From: Nannocystis pusilla
Lineage (GTDB): Bacteria; Myxococcota_A; Polyangia; Nannocystales; Nannocystaceae
NCBI RefSeq assembly: GCF_049337375.1
Contig: NZ_JBMPIV010000001.1
Length of the DNA stretch: 64,000 bases
Strand: one strand, 5' to 3'
Below the pieces are notes generated by a model. The model made no database searches, was not told where the DNA came from, and saw only the letters and a list, made by a program, of their open reading frames with translations. Numbering within the stretch: position 1 is the stretch's first letter; each line of letters begins with the position of its first letter. The translations under genes and the position numbers were made by a program. Shown here one piece after another: positions 9,071 to 19,942 of the stretch.

Positions 9071-10065
9071 CGGGCAGGGCCGCCGCGTCGGGCCGTCCAT
9101 CCTATTGAAGAGCAGGAGACGGGCTGTCGCCGGGGGCCCCGCGGCGGTCCGCGTCTTGGATGGGTGGCGGGGCCGTCGGGCCCGCGTGGCTGTCACTTTT
9201 GGCGACGCGAACGACGGATGGGCGGCGTCGCGTGGGCCCGTCGGGTCGGGCGGCCGTCTCCTCCTTTTATGGTCAAAGAGGGCAGAAGGTCTGCGTTGCC
9301 GTGGCTTGGGGCCCGTCGGGTCCGTATGGCCGTCTCCTACTTTTATGGTGGGAGAGGGGGACTGGCCGGTCGACCTCGCATGGCCGTGGACTACGGGCAG
9401 AGGGAGACGGCGCCCGGCGGGACCATGCCAGTCGGTCGGGCCCGGTGGCTGCGAACCGCTGGATCGATGGAGCCGGCTCGCCGCGCCGCGTCACCGACGG
9501 GATCGCTGAATTGCCGCTCCTTTCGCTCGTCTCACGCCCTTCCGCGAGCGCCGGGGGCCTGCGAGGGTGGACCACTGCGAGGGGTTCTTCCGGGGGTGCC
9601 GCCCCGCATGTCTCCGGGGACATATGGTGACAGTCGCGGCGGGGCGGCAATCCTCGGATGTCTCTCGGAACATGTGTCCCTTTCGCCGCGAAATATTTTC
9701 CTGCACCTCGCGGGCCAGCCGCCGGCAAACGGGGCGCCGCGGCGCTCTCACGGGTCCGGCGCTCCGGCCGCCGGGCCCCGCGAGCGCGGACGGGGTACGG
9801 CGAATCATCGCATGTCTCGAGAGACATCCCAACGCCGAGGCCGGCGGCTGCGGCGGTCCGCGCGCGGCGAGCTCGGCGGTCCGCTGCATTCGCATGACTC
9901 GAAGGACATCGCCATAGAAGTGTTCCTGCGTTCGAGTCGCAGGTGCGGGTGTGCGGCGGCCTGGTCCAAAGACCTTGCACCTCCGCAAGCCCGACCGCGG
10001 CTGCAGAGTGTGCACGGCGCGGCGCACTATCGCCGGCGACGGGTCGCGCATAGAGTCCGGCTCCC

Positions 10066-12339
10066 ATGCGTAGGATTGTTCTGCCTCTCCCCCTCTCGGT
10101 CGCCCTCGCGACCCTCGCCGCTTGCGGCGACGATGCGACCGTCGACACCACCGCGTCGACCTCCGAGACCTCGACCACCGACGACTCCACCAGCACGAGC
10201 CCGGGTCCGACCAGCGACACGCCGACCACCGGCGTGCCGACCACGACCGACGCGACGACGTCGACGAGCACGACCGACGCGACCAGCACGACGACCGACG
10301 ACACGACGACCACCACGTCGACGACGGACGACACGACGACGACGACGACGACGACGACGACCGACACGACCGACACGACCGACACGACCGCCACGACCGA
10401 CACGACCACCGCCGCCGACAACTGCGGCGACGGCGTGATCGAGGACCCCGAGGTGTGTGACGGCGCCGCGCTGGCCGATCAGGACTGCGTCAGCCAGGGC
10501 TTCGACAGCGGCACCCTCGCGTGCGCGGCCGACTGCAGCGCGTTCGACATCAGCGGGTGCGTCCTGGCCTCGTGCGGCAACGGCTCGATCGAGGGCGAAG
10601 AGGCGTGCGACGGCGACGACCTGGCGGGGCAAGACTGCGTGTCGCAGGGCTTCGAGAGCGGCACCCTGACGTGCATGGAGAACACCTGCGTGTTCGAGCT
10701 GGGCGGGTGCTTCACCTGCGGCGACGGCAACATCTCGGGCACCGAGGTGTGCGACGGCACCGAGTTCGGCGGTGAGGACTGCGTCAGCCAGGGCTTCGAG
10801 ACCGGTCAGATCGCGTGCGCGGCCGACTGCAGCGCGCTCGACACCAGCGACTGCAGCACCTGCGGCGACAACGCCCTGAGCGGCGCCGAGGAGTGCGACG
10901 GCGCCCTGCTCGGCGGCGCCACCTGTCAGACGAAGGGCGCCGACTACGGCACCCTCAAGTGCTCGGCCGACTGCGGCTTCGACCTCTCGGCGTGCATCAC
11001 CGCCGTCTCCGAGATGGAGCCGAACGACGACGGCATGGTCGCCACCAGCACCAACGACTTCAGCGCCGCCAACGCCAACGGCCCGTTCACCGGCGACACG
11101 CTGATCAAGGCGAAGATCACCCCGGTCGGCGACGACGACGTGTTCGCCGTGCAGAACACCGGCAACGGCTACGCCACGCTGCGGCTCGAGACCTTCAGCA
11201 TCGAGGGCCCGGGCACCTGCACCACCATCGACACGGTGATCGACATCCGCACCGCCGCCAACGTGCTCCTCGTCACCGACGATCAGAGCGGCATCAACAA
11301 CTGCTCGCTCATCACCAACTACCCGCTGGCGCCGGGCGAGACCGTCTACGTGCGGGTGTACGACTACCTCGACAACACCGTCATCGACAACTACCTGCTC
11401 GACATCCAGCTCGACCCGGTCATTTGCGGCGATGGGGCGCTCGGCCCCGGCGAGCAGTGCGACGACGGCAACGGGGCCAACGGCGACGGCTGCAGCGACG
11501 CTTGCAAAATCGAGGGCGCGACCGCCGAGATCGAGCCCAACAACACCAACGCGCAGGCCGACGGGACCGGGATCGTGTCGACCGGCAACTCGCTGTTCGC
11601 CGGCGCGATCACGCCGGTCGCCGACGTCGACCGCTACCGCCTCGACCTCGCCGCCGCGAGCTTCCTGCGCCTCGAGAGCTTCACCGCGCTGAACGACTGC
11701 GCCGGCATCAACACGGTGCTGCGGCTGTTCGACAGCAACAACGTCTCGATCATCGCCGACACCGCCAACTCGGGCATCAGCAACTGCTCGGCGCTGGTGT
11801 TCCCGGTGCCCGCCGGCACCAGCTACATCCACCTCGAGGAGAACGGCAACAACGCCGTCATCAACAGCTACTTCCTCCAGGCCGCGGTGCTGTCCGACGC
11901 GGGCGTCGAGACCGAGCCGAACGAGACCCTCGCGGCCGCCAACGTCAACCTGCAGAACGGCTCCGACCTGCTGGTGTTCGGCGACCACGCGGTCAACACC
12001 GACTCCGACTACTACCGCATCGACGTCCCGGTGGCCGGCAGCTCGCTGCGCCTCGAGATCATCGAGGGCGACCGCACCGTCGAGACGTGCGAGAGCAACG
12101 GCGTCGACTCGCGCCTGACCCTGTACACCGCGGGCGGCGTCGAGATCGCCAACGACGACGACGACGGCCGCGGCTTCTGCTCGATGATCGACGGCACCGG
12201 CAACACGCCGCTGGACGCCGGCGCGCACAACCTGGCCGCCGGGACCTACTACGTCCAGGTGCGCGCGTCGACGTTCTCGCAGAACGGCGCCGCCGGCCAG
12301 TTCATCTACCGGCTGGCCGCCACCGTGCGCAAGCCGTGA
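10066..12339 (+). CDS. Secreted lipoprotein with a Thr-rich linker, 5-6 Myxococcus cysteine-rich repeats, and three pre-peptidase C-terminal (PPC)-like domains
   Basis: It has a signal peptide and lipobox (LAACG) followed by a poly-Thr/Asp tract. There are repeated CGDGxIExxEECDG…DC modules. EPNDT / EPNNT / EPNET…A motifs start beta-rich PPC-like domains. Confidence 0.85.
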   Translation: MRRIVLPLPLSVALATLAACGDDATVDTTASTSETSTTDDSTSTSPGPTSDTPTTGVPTTTDATTSTSTTDATSTTTDDTTTTTSTTDDTTTTTTTTTTDTTDTTDTTATTDTTTAADNCGDGVIEDPEVCDGAALADQDCVSQGFDSGTLACAADCSAFDISGCVLASCGNGSIEGEEACDGDDLAGQDCVSQGFESGTLTCMENTCVFELGGCFTCGDGNISGTEVCDGTEFGGEDCVSQGFETGQIACAADCSALDTSDCSTCGDNALSGAEECDGALLGGATCQTKGADYGTLKCSADCGFDLSACITAVSEMEPNDDGMVATSTNDFSAANANGPFTGDTLIKAKITPVGDDDVFAVQNTGNGYATLRLETFSIEGPGTCTTIDTVIDIRTAANVLLVTDDQSGINNCSLITNYPLAPGETVYVRVYDYLDNTVIDNYLLDIQLDPVICGDGALGPGEQCDDGNGANGDGCSDACKIEGATAEIEPNNTNAQADGTGIVSTGNSLFAGAITPVADVDRYRLDLAAASFLRLESFTALNDCAGINTVLRLFDSNNVSIIADTANSGISNCSALVFPVPAGTSYIHLEENGNNAVINSYFLQAAVLSDAGVETEPNETLAAANVNLQNGSDLLVFGDHAVNTDSDYYRIDVPVAGSSLRLEIIEGDRTVETCESNGVDSRLTLYTAGGVEIANDDDDGRGFCSMIDGTGNTPLDAGAHNLAAGTYYVQVRASTFSQNGAAGQFIYRLAATVRKP

Positions 12340-12463
12340 CGCCGGGCGCCCGCTCCGGGCGCGTCGCTCTCACGAACGAACGGCCATGTCCTGCGGGACA
12401 TGGCCGTTCGGCCATTGTCGAACGGACATGTCGCCGCAGACACGGCCGCCGCGCCGGCCCGGC

Positions 12464-12796
12464 CTACGGGATCTTGCGCAGCCGGACGTCGCCGGCGGGC
12501 CCGGCGATGTCGGTGAAGATGCCGGACAGGCTGGTCGGGCTCTCGACCTTGCCGACGTAGAGCGCGTGGTAGCCGGTCTTCTCGTTGACCTGGCGGATCG
12601 AGAACAGGGTCCCGCGCGGCGACGAGTACAGCGTGCCCTGGAAGTGGCTCGGGTCGTCGCCGGGGAACACGTAGCGGCCGACGAAGTGCTCGGGGTCGAG
12701 CTGGATGATGATCAGCTCGTACGGCACTGTCGTGGGCGCGAGCTGCCCGTTGAGGGTCCGATCGAAGCTGAATTCCCAACGTCCGCTGAGGTCCAT
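12464..12796 (-). CDS. Small hypothetical protein (110 aa)
   Basis: Composition is balanced and aromatic-rich (MDLSGRWEFSFDRTLNGQ…). It is not antisense to another good ORF. Confidence 0.6.
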   Translation of the reverse strand: MDLSGRWEFSFDRTLNGQLAPTTVPYELIIIQLDPEHFVGRYVFPGDDPSHFQGTLYSSPRGTLFSIRQVNEKTGYHALYVGKVESPTSLSGIFTDIAGPAGDVRLRKIP

Positions 12797-12893
12797 AGGG
12801 GCTCCCGAGGCCCGACCGTAGGCGCCCGCACGGCGCCAGTCAATGGCCCCCGCGCGCGCGTTCGCCAGCGCGCGCGGCGGGGCGGCCGCGGCA

Positions 12894-14204
12894 CTAGTTG
12901 TCCTCGTCCGGCTGGACGCTCTCGCGGTAGCTGACGAGCGGCTTGTCGTCGTCGAGCAGGGTCTCGATGAAGTCGCCGAGGTCGACGCCCTGCTCCTCGA
13001 TCTCCGTGTCGAGGTACGAGATGATCGACACGCAGTGGCTGTCGTTGAGGCCGCGCCAGTAGGGCAGGTAGTACGCCATGTTCGGGTGCGGGTCGTACAG
13101 CGCGGTCATGAGGTCGGTGTCCTCGGCCCAGTACTCGAGGATCTTCTCCTTCGTCATGTCCGGGTAGAAGCGCTCGTACGAGTAGCGCGAGTAGTTGAAG
13201 TCGCGCTGGAAGAACACGGTGCTGAGGCGGTCGTCGGGGTAGAGCGCGGCGAGGTGGGTGTTGAGCACGCCGAAGTCGTCGTCGATCTCGTAGCCGGGCG
13301 GCAGCTCGCTGAACACCGAGTCCACGTTCCACGAGGAGCGGATCTTCTCGTGCAGCTTGGAGGACCAGCCGCCGCTCGGGAAGATCGGGCCCGAGTCGTC
13401 CATCAGGTAGCCGCGCTGGGCGTCGATGCGCGAGCGGAAGAAGTGATAGTTGATGAGCGAGCCGGCCCCGCCCGCGCTGCAGCCGGTGACGAACAGCCGG
13501 TCGGTGCCCGGGAACTGGGTCGCCATCCAGTCGGTCGCCGCGATCACGTTGTTGTGACCGTTGTGGTGGAACTCGAGGTCGGGCTCGACGCCCTCGGGGT
13601 CCTGGTAGACGATCACGTTGTTGCCCGTGTGCACGTCGCCGGTGCAGTAGGGCATGAACACCAGGTTCCAGTCCTTGGTGAGGCCCTCGACGTCGCGGCG
13701 CATCAGCGGCGACAGGTTCTTCGTCAGCGGGTCGTAGAGGAGGTCGTCGGGGACGCCGTCGGGGTGGGCGGCGCCGAGGTCGGCCTTGCCGGAGCAGGTG
13801 TCGAAGTCCCAACAGGCGCCGCCCGGCTCGAGCATCACCAGCAGGTCCTTGGCGCCTTCGTGCCAGTTGACGAAGATCTTGTACTGGCTGCCGTTGCCGC
13901 ACACCGCTCCCTCGAGCGGGACCGTGATCCACTGGTCGTAGGCGGGCGGCTCGATCGGCCCGCCCGTGGTGGTGTCGGTGGTGGTCGTGTCGGAAGAGGT
14001 GGTGGTCGGCGCGTCCGTGGTGCCGTCGGTGGTGGTCCCGCTGGTCGGCTCGGCGGTCGTCCCGGTCGGACTCGTCGACGTGTCCGTGTCCGGGATCACC
14101 GCGGTCCCGCTCCCCGTGGTGCCGTCGTCGCCGCAGCCCGTAAACAGCGCCAAAACACCCACGAGCGCGAGCCCGTGTCGCGTCATCCTTTGCTCGAACT
14201 TCAT
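12894..14204 (-). CDS. Pectin acetylesterase/Notum-like (PAE family) carbohydrate esterase lipoprotein
   Basis: It has a lipobox (LFTGC) and a Thr-rich linker. The GCSAGG nucleophile motif is present, followed by a conserved PAE-like core (…LVMLEPGGACWD…YCTGDVH…). The start is ambiguous (14243, 14204 or 14186). Confidence 0.75.
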   Translation of the reverse strand: MKFEQRMTRHGLALVGVLALFTGCGDDGTTGSGTAVIPDTDTSTSPTGTTAEPTSGTTTDGTTDAPTTTSSDTTTTDTTTGGPIEPPAYDQWITVPLEGAVCGNGSQYKIFVNWHEGAKDLLVMLEPGGACWDFDTCSGKADLGAAHPDGVPDDLLYDPLTKNLSPLMRRDVEGLTKDWNLVFMPYCTGDVHTGNNVIVYQDPEGVEPDLEFHHNGHNNVIAATDWMATQFPGTDRLFVTGCSAGGAGSLINYHFFRSRIDAQRGYLMDDSGPIFPSGGWSSKLHEKIRSSWNVDSVFSELPPGYEIDDDFGVLNTHLAALYPDDRLSTVFFQRDFNYSRYSYERFYPDMTKEKILEYWAEDTDLMTALYDPHPNMAYYLPYWRGLNDSHCVSIISYLDTEIEEQGVDLGDFIETLLDDDKPLVSYRESVQPDEDN

Positions 14205-14383
14205 GCCACCGCTCCTCAGGCCGTCCACGGTAGCAAAACTCACCTGCCGTTCGCGAGACCACGGAAACGCTGTGTTTCGTGCGTTTCCACGGCGAGTAGA
14301 AACCCCTCGCGCGATACCGCCCGATCACACCCACAGGGGCCCACCGCTTGGTCAGGCCTCGCTCGTAGTGCCATGGTAGGGCG

Positions 14384-15880
14384 ATGAGGCCCCCAGCGTA
14401 CATCTCAGCCGCCTTCGTCGCCCTCTCGTTCGCCACCCCGGCCGCAGCCGACGAGCCGCCCGATGTCCTCGGCTTCCCGGTCGAGCCGACCGAGATCTAC
14501 GGCGGCGTGGACACGGTGGCGTGCGGCTGGCCGACGACCGTGTCGATGCTCGGCCAGTGCACCGGAACGCTGGTTCACCCCGAAGTGGTCATCTTCGCGG
14601 CCCACTGCGGGTCAGGCTACGACGCCGTCATCCTCGGCGAGTCGATCAACGGGCCGAAGCGCCAGGTGCCCACGGAATTCTGCCAAACCTTCCCGGGGGG
14701 CGGCCCGGGGAACGGCCAGGATTTCGCGTTTTGCAAGCTCTCGCAGCCGCAGCTCGACATCCCCATCGTGCCCATCCTGATGGGTTGCGAGACCGACATC
14801 CTGCAGCCCGGCCAGCAGGTGACGATCGTCGGCTTCGGCAACGCCGACACCGGGCCGTACGGGGTCAAGCGCGAGGTCGTCACCACGATCAACAACATCA
14901 CCGGCAACAACGAGGTCGACATCGGCGGCAACGGCAAGGACAGCTGCCAGGGCGACTCCGGCGGGCCGGTGTTCGTGCAGATCGCCGACGGCTCGTGGCG
15001 CGTGTTCGGCATCACCTCGTACGGCGGCGCGTGCGGGACCGGCGGCATGTACTCGCAGATGCACCGCGGCATCGACTGGTTCGAGCAGCAGAGCGGCGTC
15101 GACCTGACGCCGTGCCACAACGCCGACGGCACGTGGAACCCGACGCCGGCGTGCAAGGGCTTCCCGCTCAACCCGGGCGTGGGCAACGGCGACTGGGGCA
15201 CCGGCTGCGGCGGCGGTGAGGTCGGCGGCCAGAGCGTGACCTGCGGCTCGGCGGCCTGCGACGAGGCGGCCGACAAGGAGGGCCCGACGGTCAGCGTGCT
15301 GTCGCCGGCCGACGAGACGGTGCTGATGTCGCCCGACATGGCCGAGAACGTGTCGACGGCGATCAGCGTCGGCGCGACCGACAACGCCGGCGGCTGCGGG
15401 GTGAAGGAGGTCCGCCTCCTCATCAACGGCAACGACATCGGCGGCGTCGACATCGCGGAGCCGTACGAGTTCGCCAACGTGTCGTTCCCGACCGGCTGCT
15501 GGGAGGTCGGGGCCAAGGCGATCGACTGGGTCGGCAACGAGGGCCAGGCCGAGCCGATCACGCTGTGCATCAATCAGGAGCCGCCGCCACCGCCGCCGCC
15601 GCCGCCGCCGGACACCACCGACGGCGACAGCGAGTCGGGCGGCGACAGCGACTCCGGCGAGTCGACCGACGGCGCGCCCACGACCGGCACCGACCCGACC
15701 CAGGGCAACAACAGCGGCGGCGGGCCGGTCACGACGGCCGGCTCGGCGACGGCCGGCGACACCTCGGGCCTCGGCGAGTCGGACGGCTGCGCGTGCGCGG
15801 CCGACAGCTCGGGCGCGCCCAAGGGCGCGGGGCTGATGCTGCTCGGGCTGGCGCTGCTCGGCCGCCGGCGCCGGCGCTGA
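14384..15880 (+). CDS. Secreted trypsin-like (S1) serine protease with an Ig-like domain, a poly-Pro linker and a MYXO-CTERM sorting tail
   Basis: The catalytic motifs TAAHC, (D) and GDSGGP are present. The C-terminus (GCACAADSSGAPKGAGLMLLGLALLGRRRRR) is the MYXO-CTERM signature. Confidence 0.9.
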   Translation: MRPPAYISAAFVALSFATPAAADEPPDVLGFPVEPTEIYGGVDTVACGWPTTVSMLGQCTGTLVHPEVVIFAAHCGSGYDAVILGESINGPKRQVPTEFCQTFPGGGPGNGQDFAFCKLSQPQLDIPIVPILMGCETDILQPGQQVTIVGFGNADTGPYGVKREVVTTINNITGNNEVDIGGNGKDSCQGDSGGPVFVQIADGSWRVFGITSYGGACGTGGMYSQMHRGIDWFEQQSGVDLTPCHNADGTWNPTPACKGFPLNPGVGNGDWGTGCGGGEVGGQSVTCGSAACDEAADKEGPTVSVLSPADETVLMSPDMAENVSTAISVGATDNAGGCGVKEVRLLINGNDIGGVDIAEPYEFANVSFPTGCWEVGAKAIDWVGNEGQAEPITLCINQEPPPPPPPPPPDTTDGDSESGGDSDSGESTDGAPTTGTDPTQGNNSGGGPVTTAGSATAGDTSGLGESDGCACAADSSGAPKGAGLMLLGLALLGRRRRR

Positions 15881-16133
15881 GCGGGAGCGAGGAGGGCCCG
15901 GAGCGCCGCTCCGGGCCGCGCGAGGCCGGGGCGCGGGGCTGCGAAGGATGCCCGGGTTCGGCGGCCGCTTCGCCGAGCTTCATGCGGCGTGGACGTCGAG
16001 GGCGGCGAGGCTTCACGGGTCGCGTGCTCGGATCGACAGGCGCCGGAGGGTCCGAGGTGTCTGCACGGGCATGTCCGATGGATCGTGTCGTATCATTCAT
16101 GTCTTTACGGACATGCTTTTAAAGGCATGTCCC

Positions 16134-16849
16134 TCAGAACCGGCCGGCGAGCGACAGGCCGACGAAGCGGGGGGTCACGCTCGGCTCGATCCGCAGCTCG
16201 CTCAGGCGCGAGACCCGGACGGCGCGGGCGTACGAGACGCCGTAGGCGAGCAGGCCGGCGCCGGCGACGGTGAGCGACTGGCCGGCGGCGGTCAGCACCA
16301 GCCAGGCGCTCCAGCGGTCGCGGACGCAGCTTTCCGTCAGCTGGCCCTCCTGGCGGCAGCTCTCGGCCCCGAACCTGTCACGCCACAGGGCCACCCGCGA
16401 GCCGACGTACATCGCCAGGCCGAGGGCGAGCAGACCGGCGCCGCCGCCGAGGTAGGCCGGGGCGATCTTCTCGCGGCGCTCGTGCCGGGCCCGGTTCCAC
16501 GCCGTGAAGCGGCCGCGCACGGTCCCGCCGCCGGCCGCCAGCCCGATCGCGGCGAAGTTGAACAGCGGGGCCACGGTCGAGAAGCCGAGGTAGCGCAGCG
16601 ACTCGTCGACGCAGCCGGTGACCGTGACCTGCAGCTCGGGGAAGACGAACTGCTGGCCGCCGCAGCCGCGGCGGAGGATGCCGATCCGCCACACGTGCGC
16701 GGCGAGCCCGAGGCCGCCCGCGACGCCGGCGCTGACCAGGAGGCCGAGGCCCGACAGGGGCATCGCCGGCGGCAGCTCGCGCGCGGGCGCGGGCCCGACC
16801 GGCCGGACGAGCGTGAGCGACACGAACAGGGCGAGCGCGGGCGACATCG
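16134..16849 (-). CDS. Hypothetical secreted/outer-membrane-like protein (C-terminal …LAGRF)
   Basis: It has a signal peptide (MSPALALFVSLTLV). The chain is Gly/Ala-rich and beta-like, with an aromatic C-terminal residue. Only the C-terminal 238 aa of the 309-aa ORF look genuine. Confidence 0.55.
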
Positions 16850-17100
16850 CCGCAAGGTGAGGGCGATCGCGGATCGACGCCAGCGCGCGCGGCGGTCCGC
16901 GAGGCCGCCGGAGTCGTCGGTGTGCGCGGCGTCGCAGCGAGCAGGTGCGCGGCGCGAGCGGGCGACCGGACGGAGGATGTCTCGAAGGACAGGTCGATGA
17001 GGCGTCGCCCGGGTGGGTGCGGCCGCGACCCGGCTGGCGAAGAGGACATGTCGTCACGGACATGCGACCAGCGGTCCGCGCTGCCGAACGGCGGCGCGGC

Positions 17101-18198
17101 TCAGATCTCCGGCGACTCGCAGGTCTCCTTCGGCGTGAGCGTGACGAAGGCGAGCAGGCCGTCCTCGCCGGCGATCAGCGCGCCGGAGGTGTTGCCGCGG
17201 GAGACCACGCGAGCGCCGGCGCCGACCGGCGTGGGCTCGGCGAGCATGGAGGATTCGGGCCACCCGCCGAGCGTGCCGTCGTCGTACAGGGCGACGAGGA
17301 TGCTGTTGACGCGGCCGAGGCCGAGGACCGGGATCGCAGGGTCTTCCGGGTAGAAGGAGACCTCCTTGGCGGCCTGATGCAGGACCTTGCCGGTGGCGGT
17401 GACGATGGCGGCCTCGTCGTAGACCTCGGCGATCCGCACGAGGTCGTCGGTCGTGCCGGTGTCGACGGCGGCCCAGGTGACGCCGGCGTCGACGCTGTGG
17501 ACCGCCAGGCCGCCGTCGCCGACGGCGACCAGCGGGCTGCCGGTGACGGCGCGGAACGAGCCGGTGGCGGCGGGATCGAGGGCGACCGGCTGCCAGGTCG
17601 CGCCGGCGTCGGCGGAGCGCACGATCACGCCGTCGCCGACGGCGACCCCGTGCAGCGAGAGCTCGCCGTCGACGATGAAGTTGAAGAACACGACGTCGCG
17701 CAGCGCGGCCTCGGTGCCGAGATCGATGGGGACCCAGGTGTCGCCCCCGTCGACGCTGCGGTGGGCGACGCCGCCGTCGCCGACCACCATCCATCGGTCG
17801 AGATCGATCTGCTCGACCCGCTTCAGGGCCGGATCTGCGGGCAGCGCGAGCGGGTGGAACACGCCGCCGTCGTCGGGGCGGAACAGTCGACCGTCGGCGG
17901 TCAGGGCGAGCGCGGTCTTGGGGCCGAGCGCGGCGACCGAGACGAACTCGACCGCCTCGTCCGCCTTCAGCGGGGTGACGTCGAGGAGGTAGACGAAGTC
18001 CTCGCAGCCGGGGGTGCCCTCGGTGACCGTGGGCGACTCCTCGGTCGGGTCGGGCAGGCCGGTGGTCGGCGAAGAGGTCGAGGACGACGAGGATGAGGAG
18101 GTCGAGCTCGACGAGGCGCCGTCGGTGTCGGCGTCGGGTTTGGAGCACGCGAGGGCCAGCGTCGGCAGCACGAGCAGGAGCGGGCGAAGCGAAGTCAT
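17101..18198 (-). CDS. BNR/Ycf48-like beta-propeller lipoprotein
   Basis: It has a lipobox (LALACS) and a poly-Ser linker. There are repeated SxDxGxTW motifs (SVDGGDTW, SADAGATW, SVDAGVTW). Confidence 0.8.
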   Translation of the reverse strand: MTSLRPLLLVLPTLALACSKPDADTDGASSSSTSSSSSSSTSSPTTGLPDPTEESPTVTEGTPGCEDFVYLLDVTPLKADEAVEFVSVAALGPKTALALTADGRLFRPDDGGVFHPLALPADPALKRVEQIDLDRWMVVGDGGVAHRSVDGGDTWVPIDLGTEAALRDVVFFNFIVDGELSLHGVAVGDGVIVRSADAGATWQPVALDPAATGSFRAVTGSPLVAVGDGGLAVHSVDAGVTWAAVDTGTTDDLVRIAEVYDEAAIVTATGKVLHQAAKEVSFYPEDPAIPVLGLGRVNSILVALYDDGTLGGWPESSMLAEPTPVGAGARVVSRGNTSGALIAGEDGLLAFVTLTPKETCESPEI

Positions 18199-18655
18199 GG
18201 CAGTCCCTTCAATTGGTCGAGAGCTGCCGGAGCTGTCAATCGCCGGCGACGCATCACGCGGGGCGCTGTGGTGATCGCCCGCGGTGGCGGTTGCCCCCGC
18301 GGCGCCTGCCAGACGCGGCGCGCGGCTGACGGGCCTCCGGCGTGGGTCGACGGCGCCCCAGCCGGGCTCGAATGGAGGCAGCGCCGCGTCTCCGTTCGCG
18401 CGCCGACCTGCATGGCAATGACTGGACTCCGCGCTCGCAGCGAATGTCCATGTGGACATGTTCGATGGGTCATATCAGCGCCGGCTCGCCGGTGCGCGCC
18501 GAGCTCTGCGGATGGGCGCGGCGCCGGCGTTCGCAGGAATGCGGACCGTCGGCGCGCGGATCGACGCGGCCCCGCGCTCGCATCCGCCCGGCAGCGCCCG
18601 GGCCCGCGCGACCGTGCGCGTTCCCTCGGCCCGGCAAACGGCGGACAATGAAGCG

Positions 18656-19942
18656 GTGACGGCTCCCGATTCGCAGGACCGCGCGCGCGACGGGTTCTAT
18701 CGCCTGCTCGCGGCGGCGATGACGTACGGGTGGGCGCGGCTGATGGCGTTCCTGGCCTGGCTGGCGCTGCTGGTGTCGACCTACGCGTCGCTCGACGGGG
18801 TGATCGGCGAGGGCACCGTGGCGCCGCTCGGGCTCGTCACGCTGAAGACCGTGCCGCTGCTGCTGGCGGTGCTCGTCGCGCTGCCGAACGTGATGCTGCA
18901 CATCGTCGCGCGCATGATCCTGTTCCGCTTCTCGCGGCGGAACTTCAACCTGCTGTGCCGCGACGCGCCGGCCGAGGTGGCGCTGCCGGACGAGGTCAAG
19001 GCGCGCTGCCAGGCGACGTGGGCCTACGAGCGCGGGCGGGCGCAAATGCGCTACGAGTCGGGGCTGCTGCCGCAGGTCGGCGTGTTCGGCCTGCTGGCGT
19101 CGGCGATGCTGGCGTTCTGCATCCTCGGGATCCACCTCCCGCCGTCGCAGCTGTTCCCCAACCTCGGCGGCGAGCTGCCGACCTGGCACATCTGGGTCGC
19201 GTGGACGGTGCTGAGCACCGCGACGACGTCGTTCATGCTGTCGGTCGGCCGGATCCTGGTGCGGATCGCCGGCTACGACGCGACCACCCGCACCTTCGCC
19301 GACGCGGCCCGCTCGTTCGGCCTGTGCGTGGTCAGCGGCGGGCTGCTCGCCTGCCTCACCGTGTCGAGCACCGATCCGAAGACCGCGCAGGCCAGCATCG
19401 CCATGGGCATCGCCGTCGGGCTGCTCGGCGACCGGGCCTTCATCGCGGTGTCGAACCGCGCGGCCGCGCTGCTCGGCACCGAGGTCGAGGCCGTCGAGCC
19501 GGGCATCGGCCTGCGCGTGATCGAGGGCGTCGGCGCGGAGGACAGCCAGCGCCTGCAGGAGGAGAACGTGACGTCGGTCCACGCGCTGGCGTTCGTGCCG
19601 GCGCCGCGGCTGTTCTTCAACTCGTCGCTCAACCTGCAGCGGATCTGCGACTGGCAGGACCAGGCGCTGCTGTTCGTGTACGTCGGCGAGAGCCGGGCCA
19701 AGGCGCTGCGCGAGCAGTTCCAGATCCGCGGGGCCATCGACGCCCAGCGGCTCGGCCGCGGCTTCGAGGACATGCCGGCCGAGGTGCAGCAGCAGCTGGT
19801 GGTGAGCCTCAACTTCCCGAGCCCGACGCACGCGCGGCAGCTGTTCGCGCGCCTGGCCGTCGACCCGCGCATCGACGAGCTGCGGGCCTATCGCGCCGCC
19901 GAGCTGACGTTGGAGCCGCTGCTCGACGACCGGCGGGCCTGA
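18656..19942 (+). CDS. Polytopic membrane protein, hypothetical
   Basis: It has six or more hydrophobic helices followed by a soluble C-terminal domain. I chose the in-frame GTG at 18656. The upstream part of the ORF is Arg/Ala-rich and looks like an artefact. Confidence 0.65.
   Translation: MTAPDSQDRARDGFYRLLAAAMTYGWARLMAFLAWLALLVSTYASLDGVIGEGTVAPLGLVTLKTVPLLLAVLVALPNVMLHIVARMILFRFSRRNFNLLCRDAPAEVALPDEVKARCQATWAYERGRAQMRYESGLLPQVGVFGLLASAMLAFCILGIHLPPSQLFPNLGGELPTWHIWVAWTVLSTATTSFMLSVGRILVRIAGYDATTRTFADAARSFGLCVVSGGLLACLTVSSTDPKTAQASIAMGIAVGLLGDRAFIAVSNRAAALLGTEVEAVEPGIGLRVIEGVGAEDSQRLQEENVTSVHALAFVPAPRLFFNSSLNLQRICDWQDQALLFVYVGESRAKALREQFQIRGAIDAQRLGRGFEDMPAEVQQQLVVSLNFPSPTHARQLFARLAVDPRIDELRAYRAAELTLEPLLDDRRA

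Noticed and set aside
7370-9196. 608-aa minus-strand ORF
   Set aside because: It is antisense to the HEAT-repeat gene. Its composition is Gly/Arg/Ala-rich.
10027-12228. 733-aa minus-strand ORF, and the 10815..12560 plus-strand ORF
   Set aside because: They are antisense or out-of-frame relative to the well-supported secreted Cys-rich-repeat gene. They are Arg/Gly/Val-rich.
12712-14436. 574-aa minus ORF and 12843..14387 plus ORF
   Set aside because: The alternative frames and strand of the PAE-like gene are low complexity.
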